NCBI GenBank assembly: GCA_030141605.1
Contig: JAQGDQ010000028.1
Location: 434,001-498,000 of the forward strand
From: Tubiluchus corallicola
Taxonomy: Eukaryota; Animalia; Priapulida
Direction: 5' to 3'
Length of the DNA stretch: 64,000 nt
Shown here: positions 52,901 through 64,000 of the stretch, piece by piece
Numbering within the stretch: the stretch's first letter is position 1
Layout: every line of letters begins with the position of its first letter
Program-made: the position numbers and the translations under genes
The notes under the pieces: generated by a model
The model's input: the letters and a program-made list of their open reading frames with translations, nothing else
Told to the model about the DNA's origin: nothing
Database searches by the model: none

Positions 52901-55900
52901 CGCTAATGAAATGTTTGGCAATATTGGTTCCACGGTAGCTGAGTTGCTAATCATTATAACGAGTATTGTGTGCTTTGAGATTCTTAATTACAGGATTCTT
53001 GAAGTACGTAGGAAATAAATCCTTATTGTTAGTTTTGTAAACAAATGATTCTTTAAGAGTTTTATAGCTATTTTATTTAAGCATTTCTGTTTCTAATGCA
53101 ACTAATCTTTGTCATACTTATTAACAGAGAGTGAACTCAAAATATTTTTATGTTTGATTAATTGTGCCTGGTGCAAGTCTTTGTGCCTTTGTGACACATC
53201 AAGTTAACTAACCACAAATTGTTACACTGTTGAGGGCAATTAGCAAAAGTGAATATTGTTCGTTGTTTTTTCACTGCACACTGAAAATTGTCACAAAAGT
53301 GTTTGTTAATTTTGAATTATTAAATTTAGTCATTTTATAATTTATGAAATTTATGAGTAATTATTCAAGTATCTTCACTGCAGTCTAATCTCGGTAATGC
53401 TTGTAATCAACAAATTTTACAATATTTTGTGTGAAAGAAACTATATGGTTAAGCGATTGCTTTTCTACCGCTATGGCTGCCTAACATTTAAATCTTTGTT
53501 AAACGAGTCTTCAGCATCAAAGCCTGTAAACATCATTTTTGTATAGATGGATTTGTGTTAGCAAATATACTTGTAATCTAGAAAAAGAAAACTAAGTTTA
53601 TCAGCTTAAGAAATTGTTTTATGTCTTCAAGTATAACTATATATGAAGTTTAACGTACAGTCGCTAAATATGTTGTGCCATAAATCATTGTACAGTTATG
53701 TAACAGATTGTAAGATGTAATTTTATTATTGCAAATTGTTTTACAGCTTTAGCCGTCAAGTTTGGATATAACATCTACTTTAAACACATTGCTCCAGGAC
53801 TCTTCACTGTAATAGAAAAGTATGTCAAAGTTCAGAACGAAAAAGAAAAACTAGGAAGAGACGTAAGTGAAACCTTACTTGGGAACTTTGCAGTAACCAC
53901 TTTTGCTTGCACTGTGTTTAAATTTGAATAAGTTTGCATGTAGTAGAAAAAAGGTCATGGCTAAGCTTTTAAGAAGCTTAACAACGTTAATGGCAGTTTT
54001 TACAGTTTTTCAATGTTAGCCATGACCAGTTGTTTGATATCTTTTATGAAAAGACTAGTTTGCATAAATGTAGCAGTTGCTTTCTTTAATTTTTATAAAA
54101 AGGTGCTAAATGCTTATACTGTAAACCGTAAAATTGATATGTGTGGGAAATGTTGTGAGGAAGGTCTTGCGCAATAATTCCTTTCGTATAAATTACTCTG
54201 TTGATTAAGTCGCTTACTGGTTCCTTGCAGGCGTCTGGTTCGTCTGGTGGTATTCAGTTTGTAAGACTATAGTTAGTTATGCTACTATTTACTAATTGAA
54301 CAAAGTCAATAATTGTAGATGCAAACATTGGAAACAAATTGTCATCATTATGTCTCAACATATTGCGGTTTTGATCCATGCTATCAGTTTTTTTTACATT
54401 TGCACATTATTGCTCTGTTGTATTCAGTTGCGATTAAACAAAGCAAGTTCACTTAGAATGCTGCATCGTAAAACGTTTACTTTACAAACAAGGCTTTGAA
54501 GACCAATTTTAAAAATTTAGTTCACACTTTTTCTGGTTACTTGCTACTGGCTACTTGCATTTAGCAAATGCCTGGACTTGAAATGCATCCGCTTCAGCTG
54601 CTTGAATCTTTTTGCAGGTACTTCCCTGACCATGTGAGGTTTTCTTAAAAGTGCTAGCTGTACATTACTTTTACATTAGCTAATGGCTAGGTGGCACCAC
54701 CTAATATTCGTTTCTCTAGCATTTCCTCCAAATTTTTAAAATAAGTTCTTTAAATTATGTGCAGGTAGTCATCACTGGGGCTGAATTAGATCTGGAAGAA
54801 GGAGAAGAGGTGGAAACACCAAAAGCTTTGGGAGATGTGTTTGAATCGGTTGCTGGTGCCATTTATTTGGATAGTGGCATGTCGTTGAGTACTGTGTGGC
54901 GCGTGTACTACAAAATGATGCGACCAGAGATAGGTAGGTCTGCAGCTATTTTAGTTAGTAATCATTTTTTCTTTCTTTTTGGTATTGTGATGTAATATTT
55001 ATCATCTTTACTGGTTTTTAGCTTAGCACAGCAAATTGTTGTCTTTGGTTGGGTGGCCGAGTTGTTTAGATTTCAGATTGCAACCACACAGTCTTGAGTT
55101 CAATAATAGCAGCTGCCAACGCCTGGGCATATACCCTACTTGCTATTCCTTGTTTATGTGTTGCGTCCTTACCTCTATTGTTATAAGAGCAAGTCACTAA
55201 ACAACCATTAGTGCTGATGTTGTCTGTTAAACGAGCGACGGTAAATAAATCTTGTTTCGTCTTTTTTTGAATTTGTGACTCAACGCATTCCAAACAATTG
55301 TCTAAATTAATGTTTTATATGGATTCTCTGTACCAACTTCTTATGACTTTGTTTCATAATGTCTGCTATCAAATGTTTACTATCTTTTATGTTCAATACA
55401 ATATGAATGGTAATTACTGAAACTTTTGCAAAAATTTGCTTCAAACAAACAAATTGCATTTTCCATATTTTTGACATACTGACATTGTTTTGTGTACTTT
55501 TTAGATCATTTTACTGCTAACGTACCAAAGTCTCCTATTCGAGAACTCTTAGAGATGGAGCCGGAAAATACAACATTTGAGTAAGTATTCTTGTTTACAG
55601 TGTAATAATCATTTACCCAATTATGTTAGTAACTAATTTACCCAATTTTGTCAGTAACAACCCATAGGTTATTACTGACAAATTGCACAAGGCTCAGGTT
55701 GTTACAGTATGACAAACAACCTTGAATGTTATCAATCTAACTATTCCATCGTTTTTGTAGCTTTATAGCCTTGAAACAAACAAATGCATGTGGAATGTTT
55801 CATTTTCAGCTGCGTACTCTGTATGGAAGAACTTTAGAGAATGTGTGCAAATAACACAAGAAAGTTAATGTAAATTAACGTTTTTTTAATTTAAAATGCC

Positions 55901-56431
55901 CTACAGAAGTACTGTTTGTGATACTTTTGAAAATCAATTGAAATGATTAGTGATGAGGGTAGGTTGAAATCAACAAAATTCTAGTTGTTGTAATTAATGT
56001 TACTGTAAAAATTTTTAATCATTGCATATCAAGATGACACAACAAGGTCTATGTGAAATAGCAAGTTACATATCATGCTTGGGTATTAACCTGCTAATTG
56101 CTTAAGCAAACAGAATAAGAGTATGTCTGTTAATGTATTCTGCACATTTTGTCAGTGAAACAGTTTTGGACTTTTGTCTTTTTTAATTTGTAATTTGTTC
56201 ACCATTTTTAAGATATTGACATCAAATAATATTTTTATTTTTAGAAAACCAGTGAGAAGCAATGGGAAAGTTCGAGTACAGGTTGAGATATTCAATAAGG
56301 GCAAGTATTTCGGTGTCGGTCGCAACTCTCGGATAGCAAAATGTACAGCTGCTAAACGAGCGCTGGTGGCTTTGAAGGAGCAGCAACGAAAACAGCAAGT
56401 GAAAGAGCAGGAGGCAGCATTAGGAATGTAA
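34576..56431 (+). CDS. DICER1: Endoribonuclease Dicer (Dicer-1-like); 21 coding exons, ~1728 aa
   Basis: Exons with consistent phases: 34576-34632, 35097-35259, 35718-35848, 36287-36508, 39036-39179, 39647-40507, 41483-41634, 42017-42167, 42701-42913, 43439-43618, 44100-44322, 46193-46541, 47527-47908, 48930-49787, 50330-50515, 51428-51594, 51863-52062, 53747-53862, 54765-54933, 55505-55580, 56245-56431. Helicase (ETGTGKT, DECH, TAS, QSRGRAR), DUF283 ([10 protein letters not shown]), platform/PAZ ([24 protein letters not shown]), RNase IIIa ([25 protein letters not shown]), RNase IIIb ([21 protein letters not shown]), C-terminal dsRBD. Confidence 0.96.
34902..34968. repeat. (TTTC)n microsatellite
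   Basis: Directly visible in the first coding intron of Dicer. Confidence 0.95.
36670..36757 (-). mobile_element. LINE reverse-transcriptase remnant (YADD); a related copy lies at ~38860-38942
   Basis: Minus strand reads [14 protein letters not shown] here and [14 protein letters not shown] at ~38865-38910. The two segments align with each other. Confidence 0.6.
40564..41192. mobile_element. Tigger/pogo-like MITE
   Basis: TA flanks. TIRs CAGTAAGTCCATCTTAACGA / TCGTTAAGAGAGGACTTTCTG. Confidence 0.7.
42471..42655. repeat. Degenerate (CTGA/CTGG)n tetranucleotide repeat
   Basis: Directly visible. Confidence 0.85.
45611..45824 (-). mobile_element. L2/CR1-group LINE 3'-end fragment; second copy at ~52812-53017
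   Basis: Minus strand reads [26 protein letters not shown] (the GPxLWNSLP motif of L2/CR1 ORF2 ends). The two copies align. Confidence 0.65.
46588..47140. mobile_element. hAT-type MITE, copy 2
   Basis: Right end GGCTGCGCCACTG. 8-bp flanks CGTGAAAT/TGTGAAAT (TSD). Homologous to 13235-13664. Confidence 0.72.
52460..53619. repeat. 154-bp near-perfect inverted repeat pair within a Dicer intron
   Basis: 52460-52613 is the reverse complement of 53466-53619; I counted 2 mismatches. Confidence 0.95.
52613..54629 (+). repeat. 189-bp near-perfect direct repeat pair flanking Dicer exon 53747-53862
   Basis: 52613-52801 matches 54441-54629; I counted 2 mismatches. Confidence 0.95.
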
Positions 56432-59400
56432 TTGAAGAGTATACGCTTAAGTCCAAACTCTGAGGAAATGGAAAATACCCCCGAATAACCTCTACAGCTA
56501 TATCAAAGCTGACTCAAGTTCGTACACCAAATCTTATTTGCACAACAAGTTGCTTGTTTCCTAAATGTATGGGTAGAAGAAATAGTGATTGTCCGAGACA
56601 TGAACCCTCCATCAAGTACAAGTGATGAACCGTCGATGTACCTTTGTTCAGTATTTTTCTGCTTTTGAATTGATTAAAATGGTTTTGTGCTAAAACATCT
56701 GCATTACTGCTCAATTTTAGAAATGCTATTGTTGGATCTTCTGCTTGCTATGTCTTTCATGTGTGCTTGACCTATACAAGCTAATTTGCTATTTGATGAT
56801 TGCCAAATATCACTGCCATTGACAAATCAAACGACTGGACTTATTTTAGTGCTTGCTTGCATTTGCTGTTGACGTGATGGTCATGTAAAAATCTCTTTTT
56901 TAGGTGTCATTTGCATTAGTAAATGTGATACATGCATCCAAACTGCTGCACTGTTTCACTAATGGAGTGTCTTGTTTCCATTTGGCTGTTGTAACAATCT
57001 GTACCGGGAGCTTGTATCTAACAGAACTGCTCCATTTTTAATTTTTACCAGTAAATGCACAGGATTTTGTTTGGCCAAATCATATGTGCTCCAAATCACA
57101 GTGCTGTGTTATCACCATTTTACTATTTGAGTGTAAGTACAAAGTTTATGTGCACTGCCACTTTCCAGTCATTGCATTTCTGCAGGTGGATATGTGTATT
57201 TTCAACACTTGCATTTAATAATCTTGAAATATTATCTCTTCTGTAATCTGTAGGCTATTTTATCTGATTCCACATTATTTTATTGGATGTTTTCCTTGCT
57301 TTTGCTAAACAGTGATAATAAACAACGCTATACCTCATTGCTACATCTTGTGATACGTCCTTTGCAAGGCTTATGACAATTTAGCAAAGTTTGCAGCTTT
57401 TTACTGATGGAAATGCTGCAAATTTTATTTAATGTGTAACTAGTGCTGTTACTTTGATAATATTATCTATGTTGCACTCTAATTAATATTGTCTGTGTTG
57501 TTTGTTGATTATAGTGTAGAATGCTTGGCGCTTTTTAGGCTTCATAGTGCAACATGATATAACACTATGTGCTCCATCTCTTCACAGTTTGGGGTTTTAT
57601 AATGGTTGGAGCTCTTACGTTGTTTTAAGGAATTATTTGCGTAACCTTTCATCTAGCAGTGTTTGTCCCTTTTGTGTTTTATGTAGCTACATATGTACAT
57701 CTTGTATTGAACAGCTTAAAAGAAGGCTGTGGTACCTACCAGAGTTACTGAATCAGGTGCGATATGTGTACAAAGTTCTGCGTGGCAACATAAACACCGC
57801 TATTCACTAAAGAAAAGTTTCCATTAATGTTCTTTGCACTTGTAGAACAATCTTAAACTTCATCAACCTTTCGTGATCATTAACTGATGCACCTTGTTTG
57901 TTGTTTTTATTTTATATGATGCAAAATGTTAACTGCAAAGCAGCTGTTTGGGGTTGTCGTTTGCTGTATTTTTTTGTGAATATATAATTTTTTTGTTATG
58001 CTTGCTGGTTGAGCATGACTTTTCTATAGTGCAACATCTACTGTGAATACAAGCACCTAGTGATTATTTACAAATTGTTCTAGTATTTAGTCATATTTTG
58101 CAGAAATGCTAACATTTCATCCAGTGTCTTAACCAGATTCAAATGCATATAATATATAAGAGATAAATGTCTTGGATACATCCAAAAGTATTTTTCTTGT
58201 CATAGACTTATCCATTTCCTGTCCAGACCCAGCATTGCTAACTTTGGCATTAAGCACACATTGTTTCACTCAATCATTTATTTCACTCCACCCATAAGTT
58301 AGTTAAATTTATTTCACATAGTAATTGTTGTCATAACTAATACGAGTGTAACGGCGGTCTGGTGGTGTATTGAAAGAAACCTACCTCCGCCAGCTGTTAC
58401 ATAAGCAGTGTCATAGTTAAATTAGACACTATGACCAGCGTCATAATTAAGTTAACCTATGATCAAATACTGTAATGCAGTATCTGATCGTAGGTGTTGT
58501 GAAGAATTGACATTCAAGTGTTTTCTTGTAAATTTATTCGTATTGATTTCTCAAAAAATTAATTTTTTGATGTGCTAATTTGATTTTTAACAGAAAGTTG
58601 TGAAAAATTGATGTTTGCTAAATTTATTCTTTGCGTCATTTTTAGAAAATGCTAGTTTGTGTGATGTACGTGTATGTAAAACGATTTATTCTTGGCATCA
58701 ATTTATTAGTAAATAATTACTCATAACCTGTGAATATGACGTTACACTGTAGCTGTGAGTGTTGCAGTGTTCCTGCGATAGGTGAAAAGATCTTGTAAAC
58801 CAAATCGTGGTCAGTGCCACATTTATAGATTTATTCCTCAGCACCTTTGCCTAACAGAGTTCAAAGACTTGCTAACATAATGCGCACAATCATTACAAAT
58901 GTTTAATAATACTTGTTTGCATAAATTGCATTTCTGAAATGCCACACCATTTTAATTACGTGAGAATAGCTAGTTTCTTCTAGTAACTAGTGTAATAAGC
59001 GTGTTTTAAATTTATTGTATTTAATTAAAAATTTTTGCTTTATGATTTCCTAGTTTGCTGTTCATAATTTGTTGTATGCAGCATTGTTATGGTTAGGGAT
59101 TCATTGCTTTGTTTAGTAATGTACCATCAAATCTTGTTATAACGCCTCCCCCACCCCTCTTATAATGGCAACCTCACTTAACGCCCAAATTTTTAGCAAA
59201 ACAAAATATCTATATTTGCATCGACGTATGTACAATTGTACATGTATTAATGTGCCTCGTTATATAGCCAAACTTGCTATAACGCAAACTTTTTGCAGTC
59301 CCAAAGTAGGCGGCATAAATTAGTTTGACTGAGTAGTATTTGTACTGATGGAAGAACTGCTAACAAAAGTTCTTCAGAAATTTTTGACAAATTTTTAATT

Positions 59401-61430
59401 TGAACTCTTGTCTACCTCACACTTTTTACACGTTATTGCATATTCACATGTATGTTGCCCAACAATGCTTATGCCAAAATACTATTCGAAATACGTGCAT
59501 ATGCCAACAAGTAGTTTTTATTGATGCGAGTTGGGCTAAATGACAAAAGTTAGGAATATGTTAATTCCTTTAGAGAATTAAGACATCAGATAAAAGTAGC
59601 TGGTCATTTAACTTCACATTCATTTTCTATAGTAATTTTTTGCAGTTAGCTACTTTTAAAATCTCACCATGGTGTCCACCTCACTTACTTAACATTTAAC
59701 AGAAACCGGTGAACAAATATGTAGAATGAAGGCTTTATTATCCTGCTCATTTTCTTGACATCTGCTGCAATTCTTACTGAAATAGTTTGTTTCCTCATCA
59801 CATTTATGTATTAATGTAAATTATTTTGTTTTTTATCGTATTTGCATTTGAATAATTTGCTGTGTATAGTTTGTGTGCGCGGGCTTTCATAGATTGCTAT
59901 GTAGAAATACGTTGCTTGCTATTGTTGAATAAAACTGTATTATTTCCATGAAACTTGAATGAGAAGTTGTTGTTTCTCAGCGATTATTTATTCAGTTGTA
60001 TAGCGTACATTTAGGAAAACAGACGTGAAAAGGCTTTGCTGATTTCTGACAGTATGACTTGCATTTTGACTGTTCTTTGCTCTAACTTCTAGGCACAAAA
60101 ACCACCAAAGTTCTGATTATCTAAGTTTGTAAAATAAAATACAAAATATGGGAAATAAGGGAAATGAAACAATATAATAATTTCATTATATTTACTATCA
60201 ACAAAGTATTTACAATGTCTTAAATAAATAATAACGATTATTAACATAATTTATTTAATAATTAATATGCAAATTTCTCTGTTAGCTAAAACAGAAAACA
60301 CAGCGTACTAGTGTCTAATGAACTGAGCCAACACACAAGGTAAATATTAGTCAATTTATGAGTCATTCACTTACATATTGAATTACTGTAATTCTCATTC
60401 TGCACTGATAGGTAAAACGATCTGAATCAATTAACATTATACACCGTAGTATCATCAAAACTGTGGTTAAAAGAAAAATTTCACAATGCTATAGGTATGA
60501 TGACTAGCATTAAATAACACAATTAGTAAAATATAAAAAAAGGGCATACAATAGCTTTGAAACTGTAAGTTAGCGACACAACTGACATTTTACAGCAGTA
60601 TAACGCGTAAGTCAATTGTCAATGACAAATTTGCAATGCTATCACAAAATAAATCTAAGATACAGTGCCACAAATGCTGTTTATTTGTGTGCACGGTGTT
60701 TCTTTAATTTTGGTACTAGAACTGCCATTTTACAACCTAAAATTGTCAATTAGTAGCCCCATGACCTCTGACTTTAGTTGATTTGCTACGTCACGTTTAA
60801 CACAAGAAACCCATTAAAATTCAAACAGTCTACAACTCTCACCATACCAAGTAAATGCAAGTAAATAAGAAGATGTAATAAGTGATGAGAAAGTTAACGA
60901 TTGAAAAAGAGAACACTTTTTAATAACCAGAAATCAAAAACATGAAGTTGCAACTAGCGAGCAAATAATGACAAATTTTAACAAAGGTCATTTTGCAGCA
61001 TAAATACACAGGCAATAAAATGCCTTCATCAGAATCAGAAATTTTGTATTATAAACACTGCAAGAGTGTAATTCACTGTCAAGGTCGAGAAATTGCATCC
61101 AACAATAAGTGTGAAGCAAGTGTCCCTAATATACAGTAGGTCAGTGACCATAAAAAAAACAAAATTTCTGAGTCTGAATATTATGCACCAATTGAATACA
61201 AAATTAAATATCTAAAAGTTTAAAATTTATAAAACTATTGTGCATTCTTAACATGTATGAAAGATCACAGTATGTACTAGACTATTACAGTTATCAAAAT
61301 AATTATTGTTAACATCAAAAAACTAGAAGACGTACATGTATCGAGTTTGTGCTCAGTCCTGCATTTTACACAACTCTGGGAAACAAATCTCAATTAAAAT
61401 AATTTCAAAATGGCTTGTTTATGCCAATTT

Positions 61431-64000
61431 TCAGCTAGTTTTGGGAGCACTGATGGGTGACTTTTTACTGTCCATGGACGCAGCCACCGATGTTTGGACT
61501 AGTGACTGCAGAAGCTGAGAATTCGCTAGTGACACGGGAACAGGTATAGTGATGTAATGCTGTGGTTGTTGCTGTTGTTGTTGCTGCTGAGATTCGTATC
61601 CTAAAATTATACAGCACTTTTTAATTAAAAGAAAGCCATCCAATATGCAAGGAAGTAAATGAGAATGAAATAGCCAAACAAAAACTTACGGTTCCCAACT
61701 CGATAATGCAAAATTCAAAAAATGTTACAGATAGAGCATAAAAATAGCTTCATTTTGTATCTGAAATACAGTTTACTCTTGAACTAGCAGGGAATCTAGT
61801 AACATCACAATGTTCATCAACACTTGTCCCTCACCACATTAATTTCCATTTCTAGAATTAGTTATCATTTTCACATTCAAGAGCTTTACTGAATGGTTCC
61901 CAATGTACTACAAGTCGGTTAAAACACTTGCAAGCAGTGAAGTGTTCTGAATTTTTCGTTCACTTTTCAACACAAAATAGGTCAGAAATGGCCAAAAAGC
62001 ATTCTGCTTTACACATCACAAAATTATGGCATAGCTAAACAAGGAACTAGGGAAATTGTGCACACGATTTACAGTTTTATTGTTATTTTCTACTCAAAAG
62101 TGAAAATCCAAAGAGAAAAAAGAAAATGTAAAAATGTTCGGCAAATACCAACCTTCATCTTGGTGTTGTAACGACAGCCCAGGTTGTTGCAGGTTGAAAA
62201 TAACCCCTTCTGGAAGACTTGTCGATGGCGCTGCATACATTACACCTTGAGCGGTTTGATACATGACAGCGGGCGGTAGAGATGTTACTCTCTGAGCACC
62301 CGAGCTGGGTACCAGTAAATTACCTATAAACATGATGTTACAAATTGGGTACATCAAGCAGAATTTTCTACACACAGCAGTACTAGCTTGACAGTTGAAT
62401 GGTGATTCTACGATTTCTATCTGAATTACAAACATACTATGTTGCACAATGATAACAAACTCATAGTTTCTTACCTCTTTCAATTATTTTAAATGCTACA
62501 ATACACAAATGTCTATTACAGAATAGTACGGTCCAGTTATAGTAGGTTTCGGATATAAGTCTATTTTTGCAGTCCAACAATAGACTGCTATAATGATGGC
62601 GTGTCCCTAGACCGGGACCCCAAGTCAGAGGATGACACACTACACAATACAAACAGCAGTCAGTGTAAGTTGCTATGAGAGTTCCGAATGTTGTTATTCA
62701 TTCACATTCCTGTATATTGTTTACTATGATATAGATATATTTATGTTTTATTCATTGCGTCTTGTGTGATTTTATTAGCTGTTCTGTTTAATAAGATGCA
62801 CGTATCACCCAATGCCACATGCGACATATATGTATTACCCGCTTATTGCAAACAACAATTATTACAAAATACCTTTCCCCACTGACTCAATTATAAAAAG
62901 AGTTTAATGTACTGTACATCTATTAAACTGAATGTATACTAACCGCCAAGTAAAGGCAAAGCTGCGAGAGCTTGTTGCTGTTGCTGTTGTTGTTGCTGCT
63001 GAGTTTTCTCTAAGGTACTAGAGTTATTGCTGCTAACGTTTTGTGCCAACGTCGTTGAAGCTACAAAAAAAACAGACATAAGTTATCTTAACTGTGAAAC
63101 AACTGTTCTAAGCTGTATGCAACCGAATTATTCATCACAAAAAACTTCATTAATCTTTTATTCAACGATGCTGGAAATTGGAAAGCAATAATAATAATAA
63201 TAATCATAACAATAATAATCATTTTGTTTAGGGCAGTCTAGGGATAACACATTTAAGTATCTCAATACTTATTTCCAAGGTGGTCCCGACTATTATTACC
63301 AGCCTGTGGTACCATTTTTTAAGTCTTTGGTATGACTCGGTTGGGAGTTCGACGCATAACCTCCTGGGTGGGAGGTGAGCATGCTACCACTGAGCTACTG
63401 CACCCGGTCAAAGTACTGCAAAACAGCTCGCAAGGTCAAACTTAGAACAAATTTGCCAAAGTTAGACACCAATATTGCACAATAAATATGAATATTTGTA
63501 AAATCGAGCAATTTGTGAAGGTTAGACTCTGGCCACAAGGCTGACTTTAATAATTTCAACATTGTGACTAAAGTTGCAAATACCTGGGATCTATTAATAA
63601 AAGAAAGTTTACCTGTGTACACTAACAAGCTTTCTCCTAAAGTACAAAGCAGTTCACTTCCCTTAACTTTGTTTACAAACACCTAGCTATACATTTACTG
63701 TATCTCTTTATTTTCTACAGGTCTATTAATTCAACACCTGGAGTTATTAAATCAATGAGTTTCCTTAAAGCATAATGACACAAGTTTAAAGATACTAATA
63801 ATTTCATGATAACAGAACATGCTGACATCATGCTGTTGTTGAGAAAACCAGGTTATTATACAATGTTTAATCATGCTAAGTCTATTGCTGTAATGACACT
63901 TACTTGTAAGGTTCAGGGCTTGACTAGTCTGAGACAATTTCATTAACGGTGGTGGATTAGACGTGTTCTGATGAGCATCGCTTGTGGACGGTGGTGTAGG
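61431..64000 (-). CDS. 3' exons of a Q/S/T-rich protein, probably the C-terminal region of serum response factor (5' part outside window)
   Basis: GT-AG exons in consistent phase: 63904->64000, 62944-63060, 62153-62323, 61431-61600 (stop). VMYQTAQGVMYAAPSTSLPEG resembles the vertebrate SRF C-terminal MMYPSPHAVMYAPTSGLGDG as I recall it. The MADS box is not in the window, so identity is tentative while the exon structure is firmer. Confidence 0.6.
63305..63405 (-). mobile_element. tRNA-derived SINE 5' fragment
   Basis: Minus strand has an A-box-like GTAGCTCAGTGGTAG, a degenerate B box (GCGTCGAACTCC), then GTCATACCAAAGACTTAAAAAATGGTACC. No proper tRNA cloverleaf. Confidence 0.55.

Noticed and set aside
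53953-54027. 75-nt hairpin as an intronic pre-miRNA
   Set aside because: Only the outer 12 bp pair perfectly and the interior pairing is poor, which fits a decayed MITE better.
63330-63400. tRNA gene
   Set aside because: Degenerate B box and no consistent cloverleaf; it continues into a SINE-like body.

Overview
Intron-rich, AT-rich animal (most likely invertebrate) nuclear DNA. From left to right: (1) a stop-free ~1.5 kb fragment of a negative-strand RNA virus L (polymerase) gene, covering the distal RdRp and the PRNTase capping domain, joined with no spacer and in the same orientation to the RNase H-integrase half of a Bel/Pao LTR retrotransposon, which ends in a polypurine tract and a probable 3' LTR (136-4558); (2) BCKDHA on the minus strand, 9 coding exons; (3) a 5S rRNA-headed SINE-like element and a CR1-type LINE fragment; (4) ALG1 with an intronless CDS; (5) a complete Dicer gene, 21 coding exons and about 1728 aa, with intact helicase and RNase III motifs; (6) the last exons of a convergent Q/S/T-rich gene, probably SRF. 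Introns hold many non-autonomous DNA transposons. The most notable observations are the virus-retrotransposon chimera, a recent templated duplication that creates a 154-bp near-perfect hairpin inside a Dicer intron, and three let-7 seed matches in the inferred Dicer 3' UTR. All homology calls come from motif recognition by eye; no database search was run.
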